Shown here in pieces: positions 55,698 to 56,721 of a stretch of 56,721 nucleotides of DNA. The DNA lies in contig CAZKOS010000003.1 in NCBI GenBank assembly GCA_964554445.1, positions 13,399 to 70,119 of the forward strand, given 5' to 3'. Within the stretch, counting starts at the first letter, position 1, and each line of letters starts with the position of its first letter. A model generated the notes under the pieces. The model was not told where the DNA came from and did no database searches. It saw only the letters and a list, made by a program, of their open reading frames with translations. The stretch is from an uncultured Spirochaetaceae bacterium. GTDB lineage: Bacteria > Spirochaetota > Spirochaetia > SZUA-6 > RPPD01. Both the position numbers and the translations under genes were made by a program.

Positions 55698-55748
55698 GGG
55701 TTCTTTAAGTCCTTGAGACGATCACAGCCCTTTAAACTTAAAGAACCC
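55698..55748 (-). terminator. stem-loop between tuf and rpsJ (13-bp perfect stem, 25-nt loop, U4 tail)
   Basis: Arms gggttctttaagt (55698-55710) and acttaaagaaccc (55736-55748). On the - strand RNA the 3' arm is followed by uuuuauc and then the rpsJ SD GGAGGA (55689-55684). Confidence 0.5.
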
Positions 55749-55776
55749 CGCTAACTACTTCGCAATAAAAAGAACG

Positions 55777-56721
55777 CTACTCGATGATCTCCGTCACGGA
55801 TCCGGCGGCGACCGTTCGGCCGCCTTCCCGAATTGCAAAACGAAGTCCCTTTTCGATGGCGATCGTATGTATCAGTTCAATGGTAAGTTCTGCCTGGTCT
55901 CCGGGCATGACCATCTGCTTCCCTTCCGGCAATTCAACCGTTCCGGTGATGTCGGTGGTGCGGAAATAGAACTGGGGCCTGTACCCCGTGAAGAAGGGAG
56001 AATGGCGGCCGCCTTCGGCGGTGGTCAGACAGAACACGGTGCTCTTGAACTTCTTATGCGGGGTGATCGAACCTGGTTTCGCGAGAACCTGCCCGCGCTC
56101 AACCTCTTTCTTGTCGATGCCGCGCAGCAGACAGCCGATGTTGTCGCCCGCCATGCCTTCATCGAGAAGTTTATTGAACATTTCTATTCCGGTAATGACG
56201 GTCTTCTTCGTATCCTTGATACCGACGATTTCGACTTCATCGCCCATTTTCACGACCCCGCGTTCGACCTTGCCGGTGACGACGGTGCCGCGGCCGGGAA
56301 TGGTGAATACGTCTTCAATCGGCATGAGGAACGGCTTGTCCGTTTCACGTTGGGGAATCGGGAAATATTCGTCCATGGTATCCAGGAGCTCGGTAATGCA
56401 CGCGATGCTCTCGGGATCGTCCGGCTTTTCCATGGCCTTGAGCGCCGAGCCCTTGATGATCGGAATCTTGTCTCCGGGGAATTGGTATTCCTTCAAGACG
56501 TCCCTGACTTCCTCTTCAACGATCTCCAGCAGGTCCTTGTCGTCGACCATGTCGGTTTTGTTCAGGAAAACGATGATCGCCGGAACGCCGACCTGGCGGG
56601 CGAGCAGGATGTGCTCGCGGGTCTGCGGCATGACGGAGTCGGGAGCGGAAACCACGAGAATGGCGCCGTCCATCTGTGCCGCGCCGGTGATCATGTTCTT
56701 GATGTAGTCGGCGTGGCCGGG
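55777..56721 (-). CDS. tuf: translation elongation factor Tu, 5'-truncated by the window edge
   Basis: The frame stays open to nt 56721. [38 protein letters not shown]-terminus [15 protein letters not shown], then TAG at 55777-55779. Confidence 0.95.
   Translation of the reverse strand, partial: PGHADYIKNMITGAAQMDGAILVVSAPDSVMPQTREHILLARQVGVPAIIVFLNKTDMVDDKDLLEIVEEEVRDVLKEYQFPGDKIPIIKGSALKAMEKPDDPESIACITELLDTMDEYFPIPQRETDKPFLMPIEDVFTIPGRGTVVTGKVERGVVKMGDEVEIVGIKDTKKTVITGIEMFNKLLDEGMAGDNIGCLLRGIDKKEVERGQVLAKPGSITPHKKFKSTVFCLTTAEGGRHSPFFTGYRPQFYFRTTDITGTVELPEGKQMVMPGDQAELTIELIHTIAIEKGLRFAIREGGRTVAAGSVTEIIE

Overview
This is a 56.7-kb chromosomal segment from a motile, moderately GC-rich bacterium, and it is almost entirely housekeeping.

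**Gene content, in window order**
- 0-6 kb, + strand: (S2 tail?)-tsf-frr-uppS-cdsA-dxr-rseP.
- 8.6-12.3 kb, - strand: rpsF-ssb-rpsR-rplI-dnaB followed by a ComFB-like gene.
- Then ackA, a long prs-like gene, and argG-argH.
- A late flagellar operon: flgN-like-flgK-flgL-fliW-csrA, with a GIY-YIG gene appended.
- PIN-PhoH, a HAD hydrolase and a secreted NlpC/P60-like protein.
- ptsI-der-merR, a GerMN protein, tlyA, and ymdB-rny.
- 42-56.7 kb, - strand: a complete tuf-S10-spc-alpha cluster. It holds 28 ribosomal protein genes plus secY and rpoA, including a 37-aa rpmJ missing from the ORF track.

**Taxonomic hint (inference only).** Several gene orders look spirochete-like: rpsF-ssb-rpsR-rplI-dnaB, secY-rpmJ without adk/map/infA, flgK-flgL-fliW-csrA, and a ~410-aa Prs.

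**Not found.** I saw no rRNA, tRNA, CRISPR array, transposase, integrase or prophage signature.

**Most unusual content**
1. A co-directional cluster of unknowns at 12.5-15.6 kb. It is built around two tandem paralogous class III cyclase-like genes with reciprocal active-site degeneration, one of them fused to a receiver-like domain. A small helical protein and a 4-TM protein flank the pair.
2. A 905-aa membrane protein with sensor-like and GAF-like regions but no recognisable output domain.
3. An 18-bp in-frame tandem repeat that gives ribosomal protein S18 an RD(S/N)-repeat N-terminal extension.
4. An orphan ComFB-like gene at the end of the dnaB operon.

**Limits.** All functional calls come from motif recognition by eye, with no database search. 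The many long ORFs antisense to recognisable genes are treated as GC-driven shadow ORFs.
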